DNA of 64,000 bases from Verrucomicrobiota bacterium (GTDB lineage: Bacteria; Verrucomicrobiota; Verrucomicrobiia; Limisphaerales; SXQI01): assembly GCA_033762115.1 (NCBI GenBank), contig JANRLX010000071.1:14974-78973 (forward strand), given 5' to 3'. Made by a program: the position numbers and the translations under genes. Shown piece after piece: positions 1 to 12,200 of the stretch; the stretch's first letter is position 1, and the number at the start of each line of letters is the position of its first letter. The notes under the pieces are model-generated. The model had not been told where the DNA came from and ran no database searches. It saw nothing but the letters and a program-made list of their open reading frames with translations.

Positions 1-54
1 GGCACATCCCGCTGCCAGCAGCAGCACCGCTGCAAAAGATATTATTCCTTTCAT
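1..54 (-). CDS. 5' end of a lipoprotein gene (runs off window edge)
   Basis: Minus-strand ATG at 54 reads MKGIISFAAVLLLAAGCA, with lipobox LAAGC; GGAGGGA RBS at 57-63. Confidence 0.7.
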   Translation of the reverse strand, partial: MKGIISFAAVLLLAAGCA

Positions 55-147
55 AATCCCTCCTGAACTATCCTGAAGGAACCTCGAATGAACGGAGGGC
101 TGACGCAATGCTCCGAGCCCCTGAAGAAAAGCTCAGGTGAATTGCGG

Positions 148-180
148 AAAAAAAAAGGGCTGCATTGAATGCAGCCCTTT
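148..180 (-). terminator. Rho-independent terminator after giant gene
   Basis: Hairpin AAAGGGCTGCATT-C-AATGCAGCCCTTT followed by a T-run on the minus strand, 22 nt past the stop at 203. Confidence 0.85.
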
Positions 181-202
181 CGCGAGATTTTATCCGATCC
201 TT

Positions 203-3200
203 CTACGGCAGCAGCAGAGCCCTGTAGAAGATGAATGGATTATTGCTAACGCCATCCACTTCCATGAAGAGGTTCTGAAGCGTCACGGTCCTGAAAGCCG
301 CCCATGGCACGGCCAGGGAGGAGGAATCGAGGCGGTAGTTACGGTTCCGTTTTCCGTAAAGGATCAGGCGGCGTTCGCCAGAAGTGATGAGGGCTTCCAG
401 CAACGGCTCCGGACCGATAAAGACCACGCGCCCGTTTGAAGTGAACAACCGTTCGATGGTGGTATTGTCCAGCTTGGTCACGGTCAATTCGGTAGGAACG
501 AGCCGGAGGAAAGCGGAGGATTTGTTCGTTATCGTGTCGAAACTGATTTCGGCCACTTCCTCGCGTGCGGCAATGGACTGGCCGGGAATTGTTCCAATAG
601 TAATGCGATAGCTGGCATCAGTTATTTTTTGGATTTGGGCCCGACCGATGGCTGGAGTCAAGGCATCGACGGTGATGTTGGTAAGGTATCCCGCAGGAAC
701 GTTGAGCAGGAAGGTGAAGTTGGTCACCGCAGTGCTGGCAAAGAAGGAAACCGGGACGGAGCCACGGGTGCCAGCCTCAAGGATATCATTTCCCAGGTGC
801 AATTCAGCATAATCGGTGACAACGACTGTGAATTGCATGGTTGCGCTCAGCGCGGGAATTCCATTGTCGGTTACGCGCACAGTGATCTGGTTTGTGCTTG
901 GCGCCTGGAGGCGAGTAGGCCTCCAGGTGAAGACACCGTTGGTTGGGTTGATGGAGGCACCGGAAGGAGCGCCTGGGTTGAGGCTGAAGGACAATGTATT
1001 GGCTGGGATATCATTGTCAGTCGCCCGGTTTGTAATGACCAGCAGCGTTTCAGCGGAAATGATCCGCGTAGTGATCTGGTTGATCACAGGAGGTGTGTTT
1101 GGCCCGATGCGACGCCATGTTTCCGAGACCGGTTCCAATCCTTTATTACCAGCGACGTCTTCGATGCCACTCATATTGACTGTGAAGCGGTAGAGGCCGG
1201 GGACATCGGTGAGGTCTTCCAAACCTTCAATCCTGAAGCGGTTGGTGGCCACGAAGGTGATCTGGACGCCTGCATCAATCAGGTTAACTGTTGAGTCACC
1301 AAGGGTGAGTGTGAGGTCGGCTCGAGTGAAGGTGGCCGCGTTGATTTCTTCAGAGAAGATGATGTCGAGTGATGTGATCGATCCATCGCGAGGATCAGGA
1401 GTGACTTCCGGTATGGTGACACCAGGGGCAACCAGATCAACAAACAGTTCAAGGAACACAGGGTCTGAGAGATTTGCCGCGTCATCGATCGCGACAGCCC
1501 TGAGGCGATGCGGACCCTGCGGGAGTTCGAGCGCTTTCGTGAAGCTGCGGTTTGTGACGATGGCAGTGCCGAGTTCCTCGTTGCCGGTAATGTCCATGAG
1601 GCGGACGGTCAGGTTCGTTTCGCCGAGGCTGCCGGACAGGATGAAGCGGTTGCTGCTGGTGATTCCGTCTGTTGACGAACGACCAAGGTCAGGTGTGATG
1701 GCCAACAATGTCGGGGCGGCAGGTTTGGAGATATCCATGACCCAGGACGCGGAGGCGGAGCCGGATCCTGCATTGCCTGCGGGATCACGAACGGCAGAGC
1801 CGTTGACGGTCAGGGTGTAGCGGCCAGCGGTGCCGCTGACCCAGCTGAATTCGGAGATTCGGAATATCCGAGAGGTAAGCCGGGTGATGGTGACCTGATT
1901 ATTGATCAGGTTCGGACCACCATCCCTGGTCAAGGTGATGTCAGCCAGATCGAATGTGGAAGGATCAATTTCTTCCGAGAAGGTGACTTCCAGACCCGGG
2001 ACGACGATGTTGCGCGGGTTGGTATTGACCTGCTCAAGGGAAGACACAACCGGTCCGGCGATATCCTGTATCCAGTGAGAACTGAGTTGACCGATACCAA
2101 GGTTACCGAGGCCATCGGCGACATTGGTCGCATAGATGGTCAATGTGTATTCGCCTGTGTCGGCAGTGAGGCTGCCAAGGCCGGTGATGCGATAACTGCT
2201 GGCGGTCAATGGGGTGATCACAACGGTGCTGTTGATCAGGTTCGGCCCTCCATTCAAAGTGAGTGAAAGGTCGGTGTAATCAAAGGTTGCGGGGTTGATC
2301 GCCTTGGAGAAGACGACGTCCAGACTTGGGACGGGCAGGTTCCGCAATTGAGGAACGATCTGTTCGACGGTGGCAATGACAGGGGCCAGGCCTGCCTTTG
2401 ACCAGCGGACAGAAGCAAACCCGATGGCAGCGTTGCCGCCGAAGTCCGCGATTCCAGCACCCTGCACTGTGAGCTCATAATTTCCTTCCCCGGCAGTGAG
2501 GGTCGAAAGACCTGTGATGCGGTAAGTGAGGTCATCAATCCTGCTGACGCGGGCAAGGTCAGTGATGAGATTCTCTCCGCCATTCAAGGAGAGGTGGATG
2601 TCTTCATGAGTGAATGTTTCCAGGTCGATGGCTTCCGAAAACCGGACATCGACCGTGGAGATGGCAGCGGATTGAACCACTGGATCTATATCAACAATGT
2701 CAGTGATCTCAGGGGCATTGGAATCATTGACCCTGTAGAAGAGGGTGTAATTGCCTGTGCCATTGAAATCCAGCATGTGGAAGAGATTTTCACGGCGTGC
2801 GCCGGTCTGGGATGATGGGAAGGAGCGGTCGGTGGTCCAGGCGTTTTGCGTGACCTTGATTTCCTTGCCGTCACTGCGCAGAACGCGGTAGAGGCGATAT
2901 CCAGCACCTGGGTCGGCGATCTTCAGGTAGTTCCATCCTGAACTCATGGTGGCGGTCAATTGCACCTGGAGATCGGTGCGACTTACATTGCCATCGGTTG
3001 ACGCGGCTGTGGCCGGGTTAACCACCGCGACTGAACCATCACTGAGCCAGAGGGTATCCGGGGCATTGTCGGGATCAGGGTCGTCATTCACGAGGAAGTC
3101 CGGCTGATTATCATCCGTCGCGCGATCCGCGAGGACGGCGTGGATCAATTCATGGACTTCAACACTGTCAATCAATGAGAGGCGAGGATCGCCGAGGCCA

Positions 3201-6200
3201 TCGATGTGTTCAAAGGTGGCGTTATACTCAATGAATTTGCCCTGGAGGGTCGAAACCATCTGCCAGATGGCGGCCTTGGTGCTGGCGGGCTCGATGCGGC
3301 CGAGGTTGGCTGTCAGAGTCGGAGTGACGGGATCACCGCCCACCTGGGTACCGATGATTTTGAAGTCAATCAGGAGACCTTTTTTGTTTTCAATAATCTC
3401 CGGCTGAGCGGAAGTGATGCGGAAGTTGATGGCAGCACCTTTCCCGGTATTTTTGACAAGCAAACCGAGGGCGAATGGTTCGGCAGGTTCAATCTCGTCT
3501 GTAAACGGATCGTCCGAGTAAACATCACGCTGCTGGAAGTAGATGAGGTTCAGGATTGGGTCTGGATAAACCGTGATGGTGTCAGCAATGAGAGGCACTT
3601 CGACCACATTTGTTCCTTCAGTGTATCTCAGAGTGCCGCCAATGCGGTAAATGGTGGGGCCATCAGGCGCTGCTTCACGGTTCGGGATGAAGGTGAACTG
3701 GGCGGAACCATCCGCACCGGCAGCGAGAACCCCGGTTCCATCAGTGGCGGAAATACCATCAAGCACCGGGCCGCGAACGGCGAAACGGCCATTGACTGAG
3801 TTTTGGTTTTCATCACGGATATCGAGGGTAAGCTGGATCCCGGTCAAAGGAGAATCGAGGTTTCCATTCTCCAATTCAAGTGTGCCGAGGAATGCCGCGC
3901 GTGTAATGACGGCTTCCTGTTCGATGCGAAGTCGGACACGGGCGCAAACGCCATCTGCGCGTGTTTCGGCCTGCTGTGAAAGGCTGGAGCCGCCGGAGAT
4001 TTCGTCCCCGGGGTTGCAGTTCGGGCTGTAGTCCCAGTAGATGGGAGCACCAATCGGATAGTTAGGCGATCCACCCGCATAGCTGCCGCCACCGCCGATG
4101 CCGATTGGTGGAGGAGTATAGCCTGGGGCTGAGACAGGAAGGCTGGGCAGGTTCGGGCACCAGCATTGACCGAAGCCGGCTGCGGCGCCGACAGCGCCTG
4201 CAACATCACGTGTGGCAACGCCACAGGCCATCTTGACAATGGTGGCAAGACATTCATCGACGCAACTGGCCAGGACTCCGGCGATTTCGCAAAGCTGGTC
4301 TTTCCATTCGAGCAAATCCTTGGGGTTGCCGGTGGCTTTGTCCTCGAGGAGGTCCTTGATTTTATCCCAACAGCTTTCCTCAACGCAAACTGCCACGATG
4401 CTGAGGTCATTGACATGCCAGCGGCGGTCCGGTCCGCAGACAAAGGACCATTTCACCTGAAGTTTGGGATAGACCTGACAGCCGGTGAAGGTGGTCCCCC
4501 CCTGGCGGGTCAGCCGGGCGCCTGAACGCATTTGCTCGAGGCTGACAAACTGAGCGGTCGGCTTGGCGCGGATGAGGATAGGAATTTTCAGACTACTCCT
4601 GGCAGGGAGCACATCGATCACCTCGACAAGCGGGATGACTTCGAAGTCGGGATGATTCGGCACAACGACCGAAACCCGTTCGGCAGCGATCAAGCCGTGA
4701 TTGCGGACGGTGATTTCCATCTGGGTATCAAGCCCCTGGACGATCAGCGGCATGAGCAATGGATTATCGATAGTGACAACGGGAATGGGGACTTCGGCTT
4801 CGAAGACGGGTTCAAGGACTACCTTGTAATGGTCATCGATCTGAGTGGGAACAACGGTCCATCGATAGCTGACGGTTTGGCGGTCAATAAAGGTGGTGAC
4901 CTCATTGGTGATTCCGGGGATGATTGTCACAGGAGCACGGTAGGTGTTGTGCTTCGTGGCATTGACCGTGAGCTGGTAGGTGTTTTCGAGAATGTTCGTG
5001 AAGAACACGATGCCGTTTGTATCGGAGAGACCGGAGGCGACTGTCTGACCGGTAAGGCCATCGGTAAGAGTGACTGAAGCACCTTCAACCCGTGGAGCGC
5101 CAGCCACATGGAAGGTGTAATCATCCGTCACTTCAACACGCAGGTCGCCGCGCGATTCAGAGAGGGCGCGGAAACGGAAAGCGACGTCAATGCTGTTACC
5201 GACGGTCGGGTCAACGACGATGCTTCCATCATAGCGGGTCAACGGCATGTCCGCCGGAGGGTTCAAGGCGAGGACCACCCGGATGGAAGCACCCGGAGCG
5301 AGGTTCTGGTAACTGGATTCCGAGACGAGTGACATCCAGGGTACGTTGGGGGTGCGAACCTCGAGCGGTCCGCTTCCGGCACCGCCGGTATTGACGACTT
5401 CAAACTCCATCAATTTCTGGCGGCCACGAGTCATCCCGCTTTCGAGGAACCCGGGAGTGGCAACGAGGTGAGCGCTGTGGGGCGCGACGGTAAGGTTCAG
5501 CGGCAGATAGGTGACGGCCGATTGTGCGCTGGTGATCTTGATCCGTGCGCGTATCCGCACTTCATTCGTGAATTCACCGGTGTTGATGGTGAACGGAACG
5601 GACAGGACGGCGAGGCTTTCCAGGGTGGTCGGCAGTTGGAATGCCATGAGGACATTTGATGGGAGCCCTTCGACAATTGCAGAGACGCCGGTGAGCGGGA
5701 CGTCACCGATATTTCGCAGTTCCACCGTTCCGGCAAGCTCGGAAACCGGGAACATGCGATAGCTGATTTCGCTTTCAGTGAAACGCATTCCATAAATGTT
5801 GAACTGGTCCTGGACCGGGTCCTCGGTAACACCGGGATGATCGGCACCGATCCGGACGACCCCTGCTTCACCGGGAAGGGGCTGGAAGATTGTTTCGAAG
5901 TTGCCGGCAGCGTCAGTCCGAACTTCGATCACGCGACGGGTCCCCTTGATATTCAGGCGAACTGAGACGAGGGCAAATGGCATGGCTTCGTCAGTACCGG
6001 AGCGGAAGGCGCGGCCTCGCAGGGTCACGGGAGTCTGCATGGGGACACCCTGGACGTCTGTGGAGACAGTGGCTCGGTAGGCGGGACGAACATCAATGAC
6101 CTGGCTGGAGATGAGCGTGTTATTGCGTTTGGATCCTTCAGACAATGCGCCATTTGCATCCGTGTGAACGACGAGGTAGTAGTTGCCCGGATTGAAAGGC

Positions 6201-9200
6201 AATGTCGCAGTCACTGTCCGGACGTAGGATTGACCCACATCCAGGCTCGCAGTGCGGAAATATTGGCCGATTGGCTGGAGAACGCTGCCATCAGGCGAGG
6301 TGGAGACATAAACTTTATCGACCCATGGGCCATTGGCGATGGACAAGCCGTCATTGGCGACTGTCCAGCTGATTTCGACTGCGGCGCCGCTGGCGGCATT
6401 GTTCGGGACGGTGATCTCGGTGACCCGAATGTCAGGAAGATCAAAATCGGTCACATTCACCGCGGCATTGCCAGAGGTGAAGCCGGTTGCGGAAGCAGTG
6501 ACAGCAGCGCGCTGGACACCATCGGCGGCACCATCGGAAACACCAGTGATGGCAAAGGGTGCGGTGCGTTGACCGACAGGAATTGTCACGGTGTTCGGTA
6601 CTGTGATCTCTGTCTGGTCTTCACTGGAGAGATTGACGATCAAGGCTGAGGTGGTGGCGGTGTTTCGTGACACCCGTCCAACGGTGGCGCCCCGTTCGCT
6701 GACGACGTCGTTATCGACGGTGATTTTTAGCGTAGGACCATCATCATCCGTGACGGTCAGGATGCCGTGGGCGTGGTTTTCCTCGATTCGGGTGCTGAAG
6801 AGTTCGTCCGCAGCGTAGGCATGGATTTGGACTTCCTCGGAGGGGTCCACAAGTTCGTCATCAATCACTGTCACCGGGAAGGTCACGGAAGCAACGTTTG
6901 GAGGAATGACGACGCTGAACGGCACTTTGGCGGCGAGTTCGTTTTCGCTGTGCAAGAGGATGGTCAAGGCGCGGTTGCTGACTGGCGAACGGGTAACAGT
7001 CGCTTCAGTAGCGGGGTTGCTTGCGCCTTCAGAAACGATGCTGTCAGCGAGCTCAAGGGAGAGCGCAGGGATGTCATCGTCAAGCAGCGTGAAGGTGTCG
7101 GGAGTATTCTGATAGCCGCTGGCATTGGCGGAAATGGTGACCCTCAATGGGCGGTTGGGTGCCGGGTTGTCCAGCAACGTGACGGCAAAATTGGCGCGGT
7201 CCTGACCGGCGCTGATATTCACTGTGGAAGGAACGGTGACACGGCTGGGCTCGCTGCTGATCAGGTTGACCACAAGGACTGATCCGGTGGAGGTGTTGCG
7301 GCGAACTGAGGCGGGAACAGTGCCGGTATTTTCGCGAACATTGTCGCCATTGACTTCGATGACGAGAATGGCGGCGTCATCATCAATGACATTCAGGCTC
7401 TCTGAGACTGGTTCAACACCGGCGGCAGAGGCTGTGATTGAAACGGTCTTGTTTCCATCCAGCAGATCATCGTCCACGGTGTGAACAGGGAATGTCTGCG
7501 CGGAATTGTTGGCGGGAATTGTGATGGTTGGAGGAACTGTCAGTGAACCGGTATCACTGCTTGCCAGTGTGATCTCAAGAGCAGCAGCAGTTCCGCTGTT
7601 GCGAGTGATGGTGCCGAGGACAGCGTTGATCCCCGCCCCTTCCGAGATGCTTGACCGTGAGAAGGTAATGAAGAGGTTGGAGGGCAGGTTGATCGCACGG
7701 TCATCGATGCTGAAGTTGTTTGCTTCATCATGCTCAAAGAGGGTGTTACCGGCATCAACACGAATGATCACCCAACGGTTACCTGTCCCGAAGCGGGGAA
7801 GCGTCACTGTTTCAGTCCGCACAATGGTCCCGTTTGTGGGAAGCGGACCGTTGTAATTGAAGGTGGCAAGGAGAGTGTCACCCCCGGCGGTATTGTCCTC
7901 TGAAAGGAAGACCTGTTCGCTCCAGGACCCTGTGGCCACGCCGTTGCCGCGGTTGTGGATGGTCCATGTGATCTCGATGGTTTGGCCTGCGCGCCCGTTC
8001 AACGGTGCGGTGATGGATGTGACCGCAAGGTCCGGATAAGGGGAGAGTATCGAGTTTGCCGCAACAACGGTCGTGTTGTTGTTTTCGGCTGCGGTGTCCG
8101 GATCGAATTCGAAGATACCATTTCCGAAGTCAGTGACGACTTCGACCTGGATCTGGCCCACGCCACGATTTCCTTCCGGCAGGAAAACCTTTGCCTGACG
8201 GGCGATTGACTGGCCGGATTGCAGCGCGGCATTTCCCTGGGCTGAAGTGTCGTAAACCAAAACGTTGTTCAGGAGAATTTCACCTGTGGTGGCATTGCGG
8301 ATTACGATGCGGTCACGCAACAAACCGGATGCCGGGGCGTCACCGCTGTTATAGGTCTCCCATGAGGCGGTGAGTTCGACGCCTGAATTGAGGGATGAAG
8401 GAGCGATGGCGAGATTTTGTGCCCGCAGGTCCGGATACAAACGCAATGTGGAATTCACAACCAGAGTGGCGCGGTTGTTCGATTCGGCGGTGTTTTGTTC
8501 ATTGTCCTCAACAAGGTTATTGTAGAAATCCGCAACTATCCGGACTTCGATCTCCCCTGCGCCGGCAGGCCCCTGGGCCAGCTCAATCGCGTGTGAAAGC
8601 GTGGCAACGCCGTTGACCAGCAGGTCGCCCCTTGCCTGCGCATCGAAACGGACAAATTCAGTGTCGAGCAACTGGCCGGTGGTGCGGTTGCTGATGATGA
8701 TTTGATCGTACCAGGAGCCGCTGGTGGGGCCGACGCCGGTATTTGCATTCGTCCATGTCACCAGGAGGGTGGAGCCGGACTGGATTAATGCCGGTTCCAC
8801 TCGAATGCCGCTCACGACCAGGTCAGGAGCAGGCAGGGTGGTGAAAGTCGCGCTGGCTGAAGCTCGGCTGTTGCCAGCCTGGTCTCGGGAATGGACCCTG
8901 AAATGGTAGAGCGTTTCCGGTATCAATCCGCTGACAACCACGCGATGATTCCTGGTCAATGAAACGTTCACTGGTGTGTTTCTGCCGAAACCGGAATTCA
9001 GGCCGTATTCAACCTGGGAAGTGGCTGGTTCATCGGTTGTCCATGTGACGATGGCGGAGCCTGAGCTGCGCTCAACGACGATTCCGGTAATCAAAGGAGA
9101 GGTGGCATCAACCAGGAGATCGAGCGGGTTGACGGGTTGCATGACCGCACCTTCAGTGTCCTGGGCCAATGATACGTGGAGTTTATTGGTTCCATCCATG

Positions 9201-12200
9201 CCTGCGCCAATCACGATGGCAGTGGCATGGAATGTGTCATTTGAAACGGCGGTGCTGCTCCATGTTCCTCCGGGAATGATGACCGGCTGGATTGAACCGG
9301 CCGCTGAGTTCGTCAATCGAAGGGCTGGAACAACGTTGGTGTCCATGGAACGATTGAATTGAAGGGCAAGCAGCAGGTTGGTGGTGCGCGGGATGGGGTT
9401 CTGGATATTGGCGCTGGCGACGATGATTAAAGGATAACGGCTACGGCTGGTGTACTCGGCCGTGAGAAGCATGTTGGTGGGATCGGTGGTGGCGAACAGT
9501 TCCGTAAATGAATTGGTTGTTTGATAGAGCGAACCGTTCAAGAGGAACCTGTGGAAAGAAAAGATCGTCAGATTATTGGTGATTTTAGCAGGAGCAGACA
9601 CCAGCACTGACTGCCCATTATTAAAGGTGCCTGAACCGGTCACGACAGCCAAACCTTCAGGTTCGGTTTCGGTCACGACATTATGGGTGAGGTGGGCAGG
9701 ATCATAATTGGCCACCACAGTCCTGTTGCTCAACACAACGAAGCTCAGGGAGGCATCGACTCCGATGATGCTTCCATTGAGCGTCCAATTTTTGAATCTG
9801 TAGCCGAATGCAGGAACCGCGGTCAGGTGCGCGGTGGCCCCATGAGCATGGCTGCCAGCGCCTGTCACCGAACCACCACCCGCTGGATTGCTGTTAGCGG
9901 TGACTGTGTATGTGGGCAATGTGAAATTCGCGACAAGCTGACGGTCGCGGCTCAGTTCGAATGAATAGGAAGGATTGGCGCTTTGGAAGATCCCGTTCTC
10001 TGTCCAATTCAAGAACTGGTAAGGTAATTGAGCAGTATTCGGTGTGGCTGTGACATTGACTGTTGTGCCTTCGGTGAATTGGCCGGCACCAGAGACACTA
10101 CCGCCTGAGCCAGGGTTGCTGGAAAGAACCACGTTGTATTTTGCCAGAATACGGAAGGTTGTTTCAAAAAGGTTCTGCTCGGCACTGGCATGGCTGACCT
10201 CATTGAATTCATAGACGTTATCGAGTGAATCCGTTGTGACAGAGACCTCGTAAAGTCCCGGAGTTGTGGCGGTGACAATGGCGCTTTGCGGCGAGGTGCC
10301 ATTGACAGCAAGACCTGCGGCCATGTTCCGCTCCACGTTCAGGAGAGTGCTGCCGGCGGTGACATTGCGGACGATGAGGCGTTCCTTGAACGCATTCGTG
10401 ACCGGTGCGCTGCCGCGATTGGCGGTGTTCCAGTTGATTGTGAACTGGTTTGCAGAAGGACCGGTGACTGCCAAATCCTCGACTCGGAGATCAGGATATG
10501 GAGCGCGGGCGACACTGAAGGTTGCAAAAGAGACTGTGACGTTATCCCCTTCAAGCACAAACTCATTGACCGAATTGGCAAGGTCAGCCTGCACGATGAG
10601 GTAATAAACGCCGCTGATTCCATGCGGCAGCAGGAGCGGTTGGTTGATTTCGTAACTGCCGCCGGTCGGCAGGTTGCCGTTTCGCTGGAAGATGCCCAAT
10701 TGGATGTCATCAGCGTCACCCAGAACATTGTTTTGGGAAATTACAGCACGATCAGACCAGGCACCAGCGGTGGTCGGTTCCGATCCGACGTTGCTGATGG
10801 TGAATCGAACCTGAACGGATTGCCCGCTCTGAATGGAACTGCCGGTGGGAGTGGTCAGGCTGGTGACCTGGAGATTTGGGAAGGCCACGCTGCCGGTTGG
10901 GACCACCTGGATATCCAAGACATATTGGGAAGTGATTCCTGTCGTGTTGTCGGCACCTCGCACGACCGCATAGTAAACCCCGGTATTGGAAATGCGCACT
11001 TCTGCAACACCATCGAAAGGACGTCCGCTTCCGGCTTCAACCATGTATCCGTTGCTGGCGTCGTAAATGGATACGGTGGGTTCCAGGCCGCTGCTCGAAG
11101 GCAAGCGGGTGCCGAGGAAAACGGTTGAGCCATTCGTCAGGGTGCCAAGGCGGTAATAATCCAGATCGCCATTGAATCGAATGTTCCCGACGACAGAGGC
11201 ACGCCTGCCGTTTCCATTCTCCACCAGGGTGACATTATTGGCCGAGGCGAGGCCGGGATTATCCTCGGCTTCCATTTCCAGACTGCCAGAGGCCAGGGAA
11301 ACCCGGACCTGATATTCGCCCTGATAATTCTGACTTGAACGAACAAGCAGAGTGTAGAGGCCGTCCTGAGCCAGTGTTGCCACTGCTGACTGCTGCCAGC
11401 CATAATGATCCCCGTAAAAATCCAGGATCGCCTGCTGAGAGGGGTTCAGGATTGTGTAACGTAAACTCGAACCACCGGGAAAGCCGGGGTTCTGGACTGC
11501 AACCAGGAGTTTTTGGCCATTGGTTGCGCTGAAGCTGAAGTAATCGACATCTGTATTTGCGGACAAATTCCCTCTGGCGAATGCGGTGTGAAGCAGCGAA
11601 GGATCTTCGATCAACGTGAGTGGCGTTGCCAATGCTGCACTGTTGTTGCTACGGCTTTCGATGGTGAAATGGGGCAACGGTTCGACAACAAATTCCTGAT
11701 CGAAGGCTTCCGCAAGGTTGTTGCCAAAACGGTCTGCGATGCCGGTGAGCGCGCGGAATCGATAATTTCCGGCCTGGAGGGGTCCATCAAGGACACGGAC
11801 TGAGGCATCCAGACCTGAGCCGTAGGAGATTTGCAAAGTATAACTCTGATCGTCTTCGGTATAGAGTTCATTATCTGGGCCGACAGCGATCAACTCATAA
11901 TTGTCCGGATCCGCCGCTGACAATCCCATTTCCTCGGAGAAAGAGATGGTGAAACGATCGATCACAGCAGTGGTGGCATCGTTCTCCGGAAGGGAGATGC
12001 CGGAAATCAATGGAGCCTGGGCATCACTGAGATCAATCTGCAAGCGGTACTGCGAAGCAATGCCAAATGGGCTGTTATCATTATAGATACGAATATAATA
12101 AATGCCTTCTCCACCGCCCGGAATGGTGTAATCGATATTCGTGGTGGAACCTGTTGCAGAGGCCACGACGGTGCCATTAGCTGTTTGCAATTCCAATCCG

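Noticed and set aside
90..120. GACGCAA-containing hairpin reminiscent of c-di-GMP-I riboswitch
   Set aside because: Wrong strand for the downstream gene and GCAAAC/GNRA elements missing
5140..8635. Two RGD tripeptides in the giant protein
   Set aside because: About what chance would give in ~6,900 aa
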